Shown: positions 8,320 through 19,144, numbered from the stretch's first letter. The stretch: DNA of 64,000 bases from Candidatus Eiseniibacteriota bacterium (GCA_041946735.1 JBHGAY010000002.1:64001-128000); one strand, 5' to 3'. Numbers and translations: made by a program. The notes: generated by a model not told the origin, from the sequence alone.

Positions 8320-11121
8320 TCATGCCGTTCTCGTCAACCCGACCCCTCCCTCGGCGCGAAGGGTCGCCTGCGCCGCGGCGAGCCGCGCGATCGGGACGCG
8401 GAACGGCGAGCAGCTGACGTAGTCGAGGCCCGCGTCGAAGCAGAAGTGGATCGAAGCGGGATCGCCCCCATGCTCTCCGCAGATCCCGACCTTCAGGTTC
8501 GGCCGGGCCTTCCGCCCCTTCTCGACAGCGATCCGGACGAGCTGCCCGACGCCGGTCTGATCGATGCTGACGAAGGGATCGTGATCGAGGATGCCGACCT
8601 CGAGATACTCGCGGAGGAACTTCCCCGCGTCGTCGCGCGAGTAGGCGAAGGTCATCTGCGTGAGATCGTTCGTCCCGAAAGAGAAGAACTCGGCCTTCTC
8701 CGCGATCGCGTCGGCGGTCAACGCGGCGCGGGGCACCTCGATCATCGTTCCGACGAGGAACGGGACCTCCACCCCCTCGGCCCGCTGCACCTCCTGCGCG
8801 ACCTTGCGGACGACCGCCGCCTGGTTCTCGAACTCCTTCACCTCGCCCACCAGCGGGATCATGATCTCGGGCAGCACCTCGATCCCTTCCTTCTTCAGCC
8901 GGCAGGCGGCTTCGAGGATCGCCCGGACCTGCATCGCCGTGATCTCCGGATAGGTGATGCCCAGGCGGCAGCCCCGGTGCCCGAGCATCGGATTGAACTC
9001 GTGCAGCTCCTCGACACGCTCCAGCAGGCGCCGCTTCTCGGCGATCCGCTGCTCGGGGACCTTCTGCTCCTCCATGCGAGCGATCTCGACGAGCAGGTCT
9101 TCCCGGTTCGGCAGGAACTCATGGAGAGGAGGGTCGAGCGTGCGGATCGTCACCGGCAGCCCGTCCATCGCCTTCAGTAGTCCGTAGAAGTCGTCGCGCT
9201 GGAACGGAAGAATCGCGGCGAGCGCTTCGTCGAACTTCGCCTGCGGGCCGGCCAGGTCCTTCTGCTTCGCCGCCAGCCGCGCGGCGATCTCCTTCTTGCG
9301 GGGGCCGTCCGCCGACGCCATCTCGGCTTCCAGGCGCGCGACCTCGCCACGCAGCTTCTTGGCCGAGGCGGCATAGAGGATCATCTGCTGGACGTACGGG
9401 AGCCGCTCGGCCGCGAAGAACATGTGCTCCGTGCGGCAGAGGCCGATCCCCTGCGCGCCGAACTTCCGCGCCTGGATCGCATCGCGCGGCACGTCCGCGT
9501 TCGCTCGCACCTTGAGCTTCCGCACCTCGTCGGCCCATTCCATGAAGATCCGGAACTCGTCGGCGACTTCCGGCTCGAGAGTGGGGACCTTCCCTTCGAG
9601 GACCTCGCCCGTCGATCCGTTGAGACTGATCCAGTCCCCCTTGGCGACGCGCGTGCCGCCGAGATCGACGTACCCCTCGGCCTGATGCACTTGCGCGGCG
9701 GAGCAACCAGCCACGCAGCACTTCCCCATGCCGCGGGCGACGACGGCGGCGTGGCTCGTCATTCCGCCCGTCGCCGTCAAGATTCCCTGCGACGCGTCCA
9801 TCCCGTGGATGTCGTCGGGTGTCGTCTCGGGACGCACGAGGACGACCTTCTCGCCGCGCTTCGCCCACTCGACCGCCTCGTCCGGATCGAAGACGACGCG
9901 CCCGACCGCCGCCCCCGGCGACGCGGCGAGCCCGCGTGCGAGCACCTTCACCTTCGCCGTCGGATCGATGCGCGGATGGAGCAGCTGATCGAGCTGCTCG
10001 GGCTCGATCCGGGTGAGCGCCTCGCTCTTCGTGATCAGCCCTTCGCGGACCATGTCGACCGCGATCCGCACCGCCGCCTGCGCCGTGCGCTGCCCGCGCC
10101 GGGTCTGCAGCATGTACAGCGTCCCTTCCTCGACGGTGAACTCGAAGTCCTGCACGTCGCGATAGTGACGCTCCAGGCGATTGGTGATGTCGCGGAGCTG
10201 CCGGAAGACCTCCGGCATCTCCTTCTCCAGCTCCGCAATCGGCTTCGGAGTCCGGATCCCCGCGACGACATCCTCTCCCTGCGCGTTCATCAGGAACTCG
10301 CCATAGAACTCGGGGACGCCGGTCGCCGGATTGCGCGTGAATCCGACCCCGGTCGCCGAGCGGGATCCCTTGTTCCCGAACACCATCGCCTGGACGTTGA
10401 CCGCCGTGCCGAGATCGTCCGGGATTCCCTTCTGCTTGCGGTAGTAGTTCGCGCGGTCGTTGTTCCAGGAGCGGAAGACCGCGTCGCGCGCCATGTCGAG
10501 CTGCTGCCGGGGATCCTGGGGGAACTCGATTCCCGCGTGATCGCGCACCACCTTCTTGAACCGCTCGATCACCTTCTTCAGATCTCCCGCGCTCAGATCG
10601 ACGTCGGTCGCCGCGCCGCTCTCGCTCTTCGCAGCCTGCAGCTCGACCTCGAAATGGTCCTTGTCGATTCCGAGGACGACGTTGCCGAACATCTGCAGGA
10701 AGCGCCGGTAGGAGTCGTAGGCGAAGCGAGGATTGCCGGTCGTCTTCGCGATACCCTCGACCGAGCGATCGTTCAAACCCAGGTTCAGGATCGTGTCCAT
10801 CATCCCGGGCATCGAGAACTTCGCTCCGCTGCGGACGGAGACGAGAAGCGGATCGTTCGGATCGCCAAGCCCGCGTCCTTGGAGCTTCTCGAGCTTCGCG
10901 AGCGCCTCGGCCTGCTGCTCCAGCACTTCGCTGGAAACCTGTCCGCCCCTCTGCAGATACAGATTGCACGCTGCGGTGACGATCGTGAATCCGGGAGGGA
11001 CGGGAAGACCCGCGTTGGTCATCTCCGCGAGACCGGCGCCCTTGCCGCCGAGCTGGTCCCGCATCTCGCCGTCTCCTTCCGCCTTCCCACCACCGAAGAA
11101 ATAGACGTACTTCGTGGACAT
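8320..11121 (-). CDS. ppdK: Pyruvate, phosphate dikinase
   Basis: MSTKYVYFFG start, LGGKGAGLAEM, SVRSGA, GGMTSHAAVVARG (phospho-His), GLCRTEHMFF, FSFGTNDLTQ, GICGEHGG. Confidence 0.98.
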   Translation of the reverse strand: MSTKYVYFFGGGKAEGDGEMRDQLGGKGAGLAEMTNAGLPVPPGFTIVTAACNLYLQRGGQVSSEVLEQQAEALAKLEKLQGRGLGDPNDPLLVSVRSGAKFSMPGMMDTILNLGLNDRSVEGIAKTTGNPRFAYDSYRRFLQMFGNVVLGIDKDHFEVELQAAKSESGAATDVDLSAGDLKKVIERFKKVVRDHAGIEFPQDPRQQLDMARDAVFRSWNNDRANYYRKQKGIPDDLGTAVNVQAMVFGNKGSRSATGVGFTRNPATGVPEFYGEFLMNAQGEDVVAGIRTPKPIAELEKEMPEVFRQLRDITNRLERHYRDVQDFEFTVEEGTLYMLQTRRGQRTAQAAVRIAVDMVREGLITKSEALTRIEPEQLDQLLHPRIDPTAKVKVLARGLAASPGAAVGRVVFDPDEAVEWAKRGEKVVLVRPETTPDDIHGMDASQGILTATGGMTSHAAVVARGMGKCCVAGCSAAQVHQAEGYVDLGGTRVAKGDWISLNGSTGEVLEGKVPTLEPEVADEFRIFMEWADEVRKLKVRANADVPRDAIQARKFGAQGIGLCRTEHMFFAAERLPYVQQMILYAASAKKLRGEVARLEAEMASADGPRKKEIAARLAAKQKDLAGPQAKFDEALAAILPFQRDDFYGLLKAMDGLPVTIRTLDPPLHEFLPNREDLLVEIARMEEQKVPEQRIAEKRRLLERVEELHEFNPMLGHRGCRLGITYPEITAMQVRAILEAACRLKKEGIEVLPEIMIPLVGEVKEFENQAAVVRKVAQEVQRAEGVEVPFLVGTMIEVPRAALTADAIAEKAEFFSFGTNDLTQMTFAYSRDDAGKFLREYLEVGILDHDPFVSIDQTGVGQLVRIAVEKGRKARPNLKVGICGEHGGDPASIHFCFDAGLDYVSCSPFRVPIARLAAAQATLRAEGGVGLTRTA

Positions 11122-11267
11122 TTCCTCAACCTCCCAACCCGGAGAACGCCGCCGTTGCGGGCGCCCGTACGCAATTCGGCCGGGCCGAACAACCCTTCCG
11201 CGCAACGCGCGGCCATCTCGAGGTCGTCTTCGGCCCGGAAGTTTCGAGAACCGACAGGCTCGTGGGC

Positions 11268-11297
11268 ATTGTAGGTACGCCCGTTCACAAGGGTCAA
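11268..11297 (-). promoter_or_regulatory. Putative sigma70 promoter for ppdK
   Basis: Minus strand TTGACC-N18-TACAAT. Confidence 0.6.
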
Positions 11298-13426
11298 GGC
11301 GAGCGGACCGGCGCGAGCGGCTCCAGAGCGCTCGTGAAGAGACGCCATAGCGCGACGCTCGCCGAATCCGGTTCGCCTCCCGGCGGCGCCTCTTGGGCCG
11401 GAGGACGCCTGGACGCGAGCGATGCCAGAAGGGCCTTCGCAAGCCCGTCCCGCCGGTCGGGCGGCACCGCCACCTCCCGCAGCAGATCGCCGATCCAGCG
11501 GGTGGCGCGCGGCGGATCGAGAGCCGTCCAGGCGGAAGCGCGGAGCACGGGAGCCCGGCCGTCGCTCCATCCGAGCGCGATCGAGGAGTCGAACGCAGCC
11601 GCCGCTCGCTCCCAATGCTCCTCGCGCAGCGCGATCAGGCCGCGGTAGTACCAGGCGTAGGAGTCGCGCTGCAGCGCCGGCCGCTCGAGGAGCCGGGACG
11701 CTTCCGCGTCCGCGCCCCGCCGCACCAGGCAGGCGGCGAGTTGGAGCGCCGCCGCCGGCGAAGCGGGCGCTGCGCGCACGGCCGCGCGCAGGTCCTCCTC
11801 CGCTCCACGGAAGTCCCGGGATTGCAGGCGCAGCGAGCCACGAGCCGTCCGCAGCAGCCCGCCGTCCGCTCCTTCCCGCATGCCGAGATCGAGGATCGCG
11901 AGCGCCGCCGGCGCTCCGCCGCTCTCCGCCTCGAGCGATGCCCACCGCTCCCACACGACCTCGCGCGCGGGATCGAGGCGCGCGGCGCGCTCGTAGCCAC
12001 GCTTCGCCTCCTCGATCCTGCCGTCGCGCTCGAATGCCGCCGCCCATTGCGCCGCCGCGAGGCCGTCCTGCTCGCGCGCCGCCCGGCCGGCCGGGACCAA
12101 CGCCATGGCGAGGAGGATCGCCGCCGCGATCGAGGCGCGGAGTCGCGCCGGAGGCGGCGCGTCCCGCCACGAAACCAGCGCGCGACCGGAAAGGATCGCG
12201 AGAGCGGGGACCGACTCGCACTGGTAGCGCGACGCGACGTAGAAGAGGAGGCAGGTGGCCAGGCCGGTGGCCGCGAACAGAACCAGGAGGCCCTCTCGCC
12301 GGTCGCGCGGAGGACGAAGGGCGAGGCCGGCGACCGCGGGGATCCAGAGAAGCGGGAACGGCACGGCGAAGAGGTCGAGGCTTGCGACATCGCCACGCTC
12401 GACGGCATAGGAGTAGTTGTCGGCGTAGGCGTGCGGCCCGGCGAAGCGGATCAGCTTCCACCCCCAGAGACGCGCCGCATGCCCGGGATCCGCGAGGAGG
12501 CTCGAGAGTCCCGCGCGAAACCAGTGCGCCGAGGCCTCCGAGGGCCGGAGCGGCCTTCCCGCTTCGCGCGAGGCCGCCTCCCGGTCGATCCGCGCCTGCT
12601 CCACCGCGTTCGCCGCCGCTCCCACTCGATCGTCCGGCTCGAGCAGGCCGTAGCGCGCCGCCGCGTTGTTGCCGTGGTAGAAGGTGATCCCGCCGTTCGC
12701 GCTGACGAGAACGAGGTCCCGCCCGTGCACCGCGTTGTGGAGTGTGGCGGGCGCGATGGCGAGGAGGGTCCCGAGCGCGAGCGGAGCGATCTCCCGGCGC
12801 AGGAGGGCGAGACGATCCTTCGACGCGAGAGCGATCGCAGCCGCGCCGACGAGGACGAGCAGCAGATCGGGGCGCGCGAGCACGCCCACTCCGAGCGCCA
12901 GGCCGGCGAGGAAACGCGTCCGGCCCGTCGTCGCGGCCGTCCCGAGATCGAGGGCGACGACCGACAGGAAGATCCCGATCGAGGTGGCGAGCAGCTTCGT
13001 CTCGTGCGACGCGAGCGGACCGTAGAGGCCGAGCAGCAGCAGAGCGGCGAGCGCCGCCCGCGGACCGTAGAAGCGCCGCGCGATCCGGTGCACCAAAGCA
13101 AGCGTCGCGATCCCGAGCAGGACTTGCGCGAGGACGATTCCCGCGGCGGGATCCCTTGCGAGCGCGAGCGCCGGCGCGATCACGAACGGATAGAGGGGCG
13201 CGCGGTAGAAGACCGGCTCGGGGAGCGATCCGGCGGCGATCGCGCGGCCGAGGGTGAGATAGGCGATCGAGTCGGCGAGCGGCTGCCGGAGCGCCGGAGT
13301 CCGGGCGATCGCTTCGATCGCGTAGACGATCCGCAGGGCGGCCAACGCGAGCCATGCGAGAAGGGCGAGGCGATCGTCGACCGCCCCGCCCTTGCCCAAC
13401 CCCTCCGGCTTGCGCCCGAGTTTCAC
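11294..13426 (-). CDS. GT39/ArnT-PMT-like membrane glycosyltransferase with C-terminal TPR repeats
   Basis: LADSIAY, YRAPLYP, multiple TM helices, NGGITFYHGNN, YVASRYQ, Ala-rich TPR-like C-terminus, ATGA overlap. Confidence 0.85.
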   Translation of the reverse strand: MKLGRKPEGLGKGGAVDDRLALLAWLALAALRIVYAIEAIARTPALRQPLADSIAYLTLGRAIAAGSLPEPVFYRAPLYPFVIAPALALARDPAAGIVLAQVLLGIATLALVHRIARRFYGPRAALAALLLLGLYGPLASHETKLLATSIGIFLSVVALDLGTAATTGRTRFLAGLALGVGVLARPDLLLVLVGAAAIALASKDRLALLRREIAPLALGTLLAIAPATLHNAVHGRDLVLVSANGGITFYHGNNAAARYGLLEPDDRVGAAANAVEQARIDREAASREAGRPLRPSEASAHWFRAGLSSLLADPGHAARLWGWKLIRFAGPHAYADNYSYAVERGDVASLDLFAVPFPLLWIPAVAGLALRPPRDRREGLLVLFAATGLATCLLFYVASRYQCESVPALAILSGRALVSWRDAPPPARLRASIAAAILLAMALVPAGRAAREQDGLAAAQWAAAFERDGRIEEAKRGYERAARLDPAREVVWERWASLEAESGGAPAALAILDLGMREGADGGLLRTARGSLRLQSRDFRGAEEDLRAAVRAAPASPAAALQLAACLVRRGADAEASRLLERPALQRDSYAWYYRGLIALREEHWERAAAAFDSSIALGWSDGRAPVLRASAWTALDPPRATRWIGDLLREVAVPPDRRDGLAKALLASLASRRPPAQEAPPGGEPDSASVALWRLFTSALEPLAPVRSP

Positions 13427-15201
13427 CGGACGACGATGAAGTATCCCTTCGCCTCCTCGGAATTCAGCCGGGTCGAGATGTAATAGATGTAGACGCCGCT
13501 CGTCACCGCCTCGCCCCGCGCGTTCTTCAGGTCCCAGCGCTTCGCCGAGGAGGTTTCACCGAAATCGCCCGGTCCGTGCTCGAGCGTGCGCAGCAGATCG
13601 CCGGAAGTCGTGTAGATCCGGATCGTGGCCTGCTCGGGCAGGTTCCGGAACTCCACGTGCTCGCCAAGCTCGCGATCCCACGGCACCTTCCCCGCCTCGT
13701 ACGGATTGGGCACGACCACCACGCGACCGAGCAGAGGAGCGCTCGTTTCGGCTGCCGAGTGGGCCGTGACCGGCGTCGGCGGACCGTTGGGATCGGCGCG
13801 ATACCATCCTTCGTCGACCGTGTTGAGCAGAACGTCGAAGACCGATCCGCCCAGATACTGCCGGCTGAACGCCGTGATGCTGTAGTACCACGGGAACCCG
13901 TTGTGCGGTCCGGCGAGCGGGTCCTCGCCTGCCCCCCTACCCGCGACAAGCGAATCGGGGTCTGTGAAACGGCGCTCCGAGCCGACGAACGTCCAGGTCG
14001 AGTCGCCGAATCCGAACATCCGGACCAACTGCGCGTCCTCGGCTCGTGGCGTCTCGCTTCGCCAGATCATGTAGCCACCGAAGCAGACGGGATCGCGGGC
14101 CGAAGGCTGGCAGAAGCCGGTGCGGTAGTACGGGATCGTCCCATCGGGAAGCGCGACGAAGATCGTGCGGCCAAGGTCCGCGACGCGGGCGGCGGTGATA
14201 TCCCCTTGCGTCGCGAGATCCGCCTGCCTGTAGAGGCGGCCGTCCTTGCCGTCGTAGATCGCGAAGTCGCCGGTCCTCTGAAGCACGTAGACGAGAGCCC
14301 CGTCGGGATCGCGGATCCCGAGCATCGGATCGGTGACGGTGCCGGTCTCCTTGGTGAACCGGCTCGTCCACGAGCGCGTCTCCCATCCGACCAGGCGCCC
14401 GCCGGCGTCGAGGGAGAAGAGCCGGGCGAGATCGGCGGAGAAGACGAGATCGCGGATCTCGCTCTCATGCGCTTGGAGGCGCTGGAAGATGCTGCTGCTC
14501 GCGATCGGCTGGTAGATGCGCACGTTCCCTTGTGCGTCCCCCGCCGCGAGGAGCGAGCCGTTCGTGGCCAAGGCCATCCGGACGGTCGGGCTTCCTGCCG
14601 TCGCGATCTTCCGCAGCAGGCTCCCAGGTCCCGCCCACACCTGGATCGTGTCCGACTCGCCCGCCGTGACGTAGCGCAGCTCGCTCAGCTCGTTCGAGTT
14701 GACGAGGAACCGGACGATCCGCGCGTTGGTCCTCTCGGCGGCATACACATCCCACGTATCGGTATCGAGATTCCAGAGACCCACCGTCCCGTCGGCGAAG
14801 CCGGCGAGGACGATCCGGCCGCTCCCGTGCACGACGAAGTCGGCGATGGGCGACGGCGGCTGGGGAGAGATCTTCTGGACCGCGCCCGACACCTCGTCGA
14901 TCACGTAGATCCGTGGGTCGAGCGATCCGACCACGAAGAGCTGCGTCCCGCCGTTGGTCCGCAGCATCGACGCAGCGCCGGCCCCGGCGGGCGCCGGCAG
15001 CGTCCCTTCCTCCTCGAGAACCGTGTTGCCTTGGAAGTAGGGGTCCAGCCCGTCCAGCGGCTGCCAGGACCAGGTGATCTTCCGATCTCCCAACACGGGG
15101 GGGCCGGAGAACTGGACCTTCTGAGCCCAGGCGCCGCCCGCGACCCCCGCGACCAGCGCGAGAAGCAGCAGACCCGCGAACCCCCGAGACGCGAACCTCA
15201 T
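13423..15201 (-). CDS. Secreted WD40 beta-propeller protein with FnIII-like and T9SS-like C-terminal domain
   Basis: Signal peptide; WD-like blades (GFADGTVGLWNLD, AGDAQGNVRIY, AHESEIRDLVFSAD); FGGYMIWRS..NGFPWYYSITAF; VVPNPY..FRNLPEQATIRIYTTSGDLLRTL..WDLKNARGEAVTSGVYIY. Confidence 0.8.
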   Translation of the reverse strand: MRFASRGFAGLLLLALVAGVAGGAWAQKVQFSGPPVLGDRKITWSWQPLDGLDPYFQGNTVLEEEGTLPAPAGAGAASMLRTNGGTQLFVVGSLDPRIYVIDEVSGAVQKISPQPPSPIADFVVHGSGRIVLAGFADGTVGLWNLDTDTWDVYAAERTNARIVRFLVNSNELSELRYVTAGESDTIQVWAGPGSLLRKIATAGSPTVRMALATNGSLLAAGDAQGNVRIYQPIASSSIFQRLQAHESEIRDLVFSADLARLFSLDAGGRLVGWETRSWTSRFTKETGTVTDPMLGIRDPDGALVYVLQRTGDFAIYDGKDGRLYRQADLATQGDITAARVADLGRTIFVALPDGTIPYYRTGFCQPSARDPVCFGGYMIWRSETPRAEDAQLVRMFGFGDSTWTFVGSERRFTDPDSLVAGRGAGEDPLAGPHNGFPWYYSITAFSRQYLGGSVFDVLLNTVDEGWYRADPNGPPTPVTAHSAAETSAPLLGRVVVVPNPYEAGKVPWDRELGEHVEFRNLPEQATIRIYTTSGDLLRTLEHGPGDFGETSSAKRWDLKNARGEAVTSGVYIYYISTRLNSEEAKGYFIVVR

Positions 15202-15229
15202 CCCATCCTCCTCCCGGTTCCGGGACCTG

Positions 15230-17509
15230 CTAGTAGTCCTGACCGGTCATCAGCCAGTTGATCGCCGAGGTCCCCGCATCCGCTGCCGGACCCTCCTGGA
15301 ACGGATAGGGCTGGAACAGGAACAGCACCACGCGTCCTTGCTGCTGCCCGCGGAGCGTGTCGGCGGCGGTCGACTCGTAGCGCTGCGCAATCACCGATCC
15401 ATCCCAGGTCGTGGGAGGGAACCCGCCCCAGTTGTACCCGACCGAGGTGTACAGGGTGTCGAGGCCTGCCTCCGGGAAGAACGGCGAGTAGGCCCGATCG
15501 AAGAGCACGCCCTCGAAGTCGCGGATTCCGCCCGTAGGAGGCGAGTTCGGGCCGCAGTCCGCCAGCGCCTCGGTATCGTGCTTGGCCGGATCGATGTAGA
15601 GATCCGGATAGGCCGGATTCGTCGAGACGCACCGGATGAGGCCATCCCTCCAGGACTGATGCTCGAGCTCGATCGTGAGCGAGCAGCGGAACTGGTCGAG
15701 CCCGACGATCTGGCTCCGGATGTGCAGGAATCGGTACAGGAACGAGGTGTCCGAGAAGTCCTGATCCGAGATGCCCGCCTGCGGCGGCAGCTTCGGATAG
15801 TCGCCGCCCGGAACGCCGATCGGGCTGAGAATTGCCGAGAGCGAACGCCCGCCGAAGAGGAACAGCTTGCCCCCGGCGGCGAGGTATGAGGAGAGCAGCC
15901 GGCGATCGCCGCCGGTGGCCGCCTCGTGCTCGTGCATCCAGATGCCGCTCCTGTCTCCAGTGGTGAAGTTGAAGCTCCACAGCAACGCGGAATACTGCGC
16001 CATCTCGCTCAGCTTCAGCGCCTCGTTGTCGGTCGGCGGCATAGCCTCCGGCGCGTTGCCGCGCGGGCGGTACATGCTGCGCTTGTCGAGACCATCCGGC
16101 GCGTAGGCCCGGATCCTCCCTATGAAGCGATCGATGAACGCGTCGTGGACCTGGTCTTGATTCGTGCCGTTCAGTCCGTAGAGCACGCGCGCGTCGTCGA
16201 CGAGCAGAGCGGTGCGCGCGAACCGGAAGGCGACCACCCTGATCACGATCGTGCAGAGCTGCTCGGACGAACGCAGATCGCTCGTATCTCTCATGCGGAT
16301 GTAGAGGACGTGGGTCTGGCCATCCTCGGTGTCATCGAAGATGAGCGGGTTGACCATCTTGTCCCACTTGCCCCATCCGATCCAGCCGCCGATCCCCTGG
16401 GGATCTCGATAGCGGTCGTCTTGTGGATCGGGCACATCCAGACCGTAGTTGACGTTCCCCGGTTTGCCGCCGTAGTAGTCCGCGTCCCCGACCCACCGGA
16501 ATCGGATCTCCGTGTTCGTCGGGACCTCGACGTTCCAGATCGGTCCATCGGACGGGAACTTGTGCCGGCCGAGGCTTCGCTCGAGCACCGTGACGTACGG
16601 CTGGCTCGGGGTGGCGGTCACGTGGAAGCGGAACCAGTTCAGCCCTTCCTCCAGCACCGGCTCCGTGGCGCCTGCCTCGTCGATGGCCCGGACGCCGAAG
16701 ACGAAGATCTCTCCGCCGGTCTCGGGAAGGTCGCGCAGCGTGCGCTGCAGGACGTCCCCGCCGACGCGGATCCATGCGGTCCGATCGCCGGTCTGAAGCG
16801 TGTCGAGGAAGGTGTTCTGGCGCGTGAGCAAGGAGTCGACGATCGCCTCGGGGGTGATGAACGCCGACTTCAGGCGGATCATCTTGTACTCGAAGTACCG
16901 GGGCGTCTGGTCGGGCTGCGAGCTGTCGAGATCCTCGCCCTTCCACTCCACGACGAACGTCTTCACCAGGCTGCTCGTGCTCCCCGAAGGCAGTTTCGGG
17001 AAGGTGATGGTCGCGGTCGGCGCGATCGTCTTCGCGTTGAAGAAGCGCTTGTCGATCGCGCTCGTGGCGTACTCGTTGTCGACGGCCCGAATGTAGAAGG
17101 TGTGCCAATCGGTGAAGGTCCCGTCGTCCGCGTAGGTGTTCGGATGGGAAGCCTCGAACTTCAGCAAGGCATTGAAGCCGGTCGTGTCGTGCCAGGCGGA
17201 TTCGGAGATCGTGTCGTCGATGGCGTACTGGAAGCGGATCACGACTCCATCGTCGTCCGATCCCCGCCACTGGAAATGGACTTTGTAGTCTACCCCCGCG
17301 GAGTCCGCCGTAGCCGCCCCTGCGGTGATGTTGACGCGCGGCGCGCGGTTTTCGACCCGCTCTCCGGTCGGCTTGTCGTCGGGGATCAGCAGGCAGCCGG
17401 CAACGAGGAACAGGGCGAGAGCCGCGAGCGATCCGAGCTTCATCCGGAACTTGTCGTTCTTCATGACACGCCTCACACGCCTCAGAAAACTCCTCATCAC
17501 TCGCCTCAT
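15230..17509 (-). CDS. Putative lipoprotein with tandem Ig/FnIII-like domains
   Basis: Lipobox LVAGC, WRGSDDDGVVIRFQYAID..HTFYIRAVDNE, FGVRAIDEAG, C-terminal alpha/beta domain (YLAAGGKLFLFG). ATGA overlap. Confidence 0.75.
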   Translation of the reverse strand: MRRVMRSFLRRVRRVMKNDKFRMKLGSLAALALFLVAGCLLIPDDKPTGERVENRAPRVNITAGAATADSAGVDYKVHFQWRGSDDDGVVIRFQYAIDDTISESAWHDTTGFNALLKFEASHPNTYADDGTFTDWHTFYIRAVDNEYATSAIDKRFFNAKTIAPTATITFPKLPSGSTSSLVKTFVVEWKGEDLDSSQPDQTPRYFEYKMIRLKSAFITPEAIVDSLLTRQNTFLDTLQTGDRTAWIRVGGDVLQRTLRDLPETGGEIFVFGVRAIDEAGATEPVLEEGLNWFRFHVTATPSQPYVTVLERSLGRHKFPSDGPIWNVEVPTNTEIRFRWVGDADYYGGKPGNVNYGLDVPDPQDDRYRDPQGIGGWIGWGKWDKMVNPLIFDDTEDGQTHVLYIRMRDTSDLRSSEQLCTIVIRVVAFRFARTALLVDDARVLYGLNGTNQDQVHDAFIDRFIGRIRAYAPDGLDKRSMYRPRGNAPEAMPPTDNEALKLSEMAQYSALLWSFNFTTGDRSGIWMHEHEAATGGDRRLLSSYLAAGGKLFLFGGRSLSAILSPIGVPGGDYPKLPPQAGISDQDFSDTSFLYRFLHIRSQIVGLDQFRCSLTIELEHQSWRDGLIRCVSTNPAYPDLYIDPAKHDTEALADCGPNSPPTGGIRDFEGVLFDRAYSPFFPEAGLDTLYTSVGYNWGGFPPTTWDGSVIAQRYESTAADTLRGQQQGRVVLFLFQPYPFQEGPAADAGTSAINWLMTGQDY

Positions 17510-19104
17510 CCGTTCGCAACGACCCGGAACACGACCGAACGCTCACGCGAGCGCGTTCCGCGCGAGCTGCCCCCCTGCTGGCTGTTGTCTTCCGCGCGCA
17601 CCCAGATCTTGTACGTTCCCGGCTGGAACGATCCCCCCGGGGGCGTCGCCAGGGTCTCGTACGGGACCAGCTGGTTGAGCGTCTGGAAGTCGCGATAGAG
17701 GAACTCGCCGTCGAAGCGGTAGCCGTACCGCATCTGCTCGCCGGTTCGCGCATCGCGGTCGGTCGCGAGGAACCGGATCGGCAGGCCTCCGGCGACGTCC
17801 TCCAGGCGGAAGGAGTCTCCGGGCATCGGCGTCTGCTGGAACGGTCCGGTGGCGGTGGAGTCCGCCTGACTCACGAAGAGGGGCTGCAGATTCACGAAGA
17901 AGAGCAAGGTATCGGGCGTCGACTCGACCCGGTCGAGCTTGTCCACGCCGCGGGCCATCACGACGTAATCCCCGGTGATGACGCCGGCCAGCTGGATCGG
18001 CGCATCCGCGGTCACGACTCGCCACGGGTTGAAGACCGCGCCGGAGGTCGACCGCCACTCGATGTTCGTCACGACCGGATCGCCGTCGGGGGGATCCGGA
18101 TCATGGGAGCTCGCCTCGAGCGTCACGTTGGGAAACGCCTGCGCCGGATCGATCGGCAGCGGAATCGTGTCGCCGCTGAAGAAGGAGACATCGTCGGCCC
18201 GGAAGCAGGGGACCGGACCGACACCCGGCTTGTCGCAGCGCTGGATCCGGGTCACCGGATCCTGATTCCAGACGAAGCTGATCGTCTGGAATCCGCTCCC
18301 GGAAAGGCCGCCGTCGTCCTGGGCCCGGACCTGCATGGCGTAGTTGGAGCCCGAGGGAACCCGGGTGAAATACTCCGGATCGTACTGGGCGGTCGTGTCG
18401 CTCAGCGTCCCCCCCATCCATTCCGATTCGATCGGAAGCAGGCGGCGGAAGAACCGCTCCACGCGACCCACCTGGATCTCCTGCCCGTCGCGGTCCACCG
18501 CGCGGTCGCCGTCGCTCCCCGACCAGGCGAACGAGACCCCCCAACCGTAGGGAATGGTATCGGTCGGGAAGTCTGGATTGGTGGAGGTCAGCTCCCGGAT
18601 CTCGCCCTGTGGGCCGAAAGCATAGTTCCTGTAGAAGTGCACCTCGGGCGGCACGTTGTCGCGAGCGCCGAAGAACACCCACGCGGGCGTCTCATCGATC
18701 TTCCCCTCGTTGTCGACCGCCCGCACGTAGAACCGATGCCCGAGCACCTCGCGCGTCTCTTCGACCTGGAAGGTGATGAGGCTGTCGGTCCGCTGCGTGC
18801 GTCGCCAGGTGAACTCATCCTCCGTCGGCAGCGAGTCCGTGATTGCGACGTCGTACCCCGTGACCGCCCCATCTCGATCGGCTCCCGACCAGTAGAGCCG
18901 GACCCGGTAGAACGTGGTCTGGCTATCGCCGGGCGCCGACGTCAGAAAGGTTTCCGGGGGAGAGTTGCGATCGATCGGCGCGGTGCTTTGCTCCCGGCAT
19001 CCTCCCAGGAGCCCCCAGAGGGCCGCTACCGCGACGAGCGATGCGATGGAGAACTGGATGCCACGCAGAATCGAGCCGCCAGAAGGAAGACGGCGAGCGG
19101 ACAT
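17506..19104 (-). CDS. Putative lipoprotein with tandem Ig/FnIII-like domains
   Basis: Lipobox LLGGC, NSPPETFL..WSGADRDGAVTGY..HRFYVRAVDNEG. Start moved to ATG 19104 because ATG 19146 lies inside the predicted -10 box. Confidence 0.75.
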   Translation of the reverse strand: MSARRLPSGGSILRGIQFSIASLVAVAALWGLLGGCREQSTAPIDRNSPPETFLTSAPGDSQTTFYRVRLYWSGADRDGAVTGYDVAITDSLPTEDEFTWRRTQRTDSLITFQVEETREVLGHRFYVRAVDNEGKIDETPAWVFFGARDNVPPEVHFYRNYAFGPQGEIRELTSTNPDFPTDTIPYGWGVSFAWSGSDGDRAVDRDGQEIQVGRVERFFRRLLPIESEWMGGTLSDTTAQYDPEYFTRVPSGSNYAMQVRAQDDGGLSGSGFQTISFVWNQDPVTRIQRCDKPGVGPVPCFRADDVSFFSGDTIPLPIDPAQAFPNVTLEASSHDPDPPDGDPVVTNIEWRSTSGAVFNPWRVVTADAPIQLAGVITGDYVVMARGVDKLDRVESTPDTLLFFVNLQPLFVSQADSTATGPFQQTPMPGDSFRLEDVAGGLPIRFLATDRDARTGEQMRYGYRFDGEFLYRDFQTLNQLVPYETLATPPGGSFQPGTYKIWVRAEDNSQQGGSSRGTRSRERSVVFRVVANG

Positions 19105-19144
19105 AGGACCCCCCATCCCCGAGACCAACCCCAACCGTGCGTTC

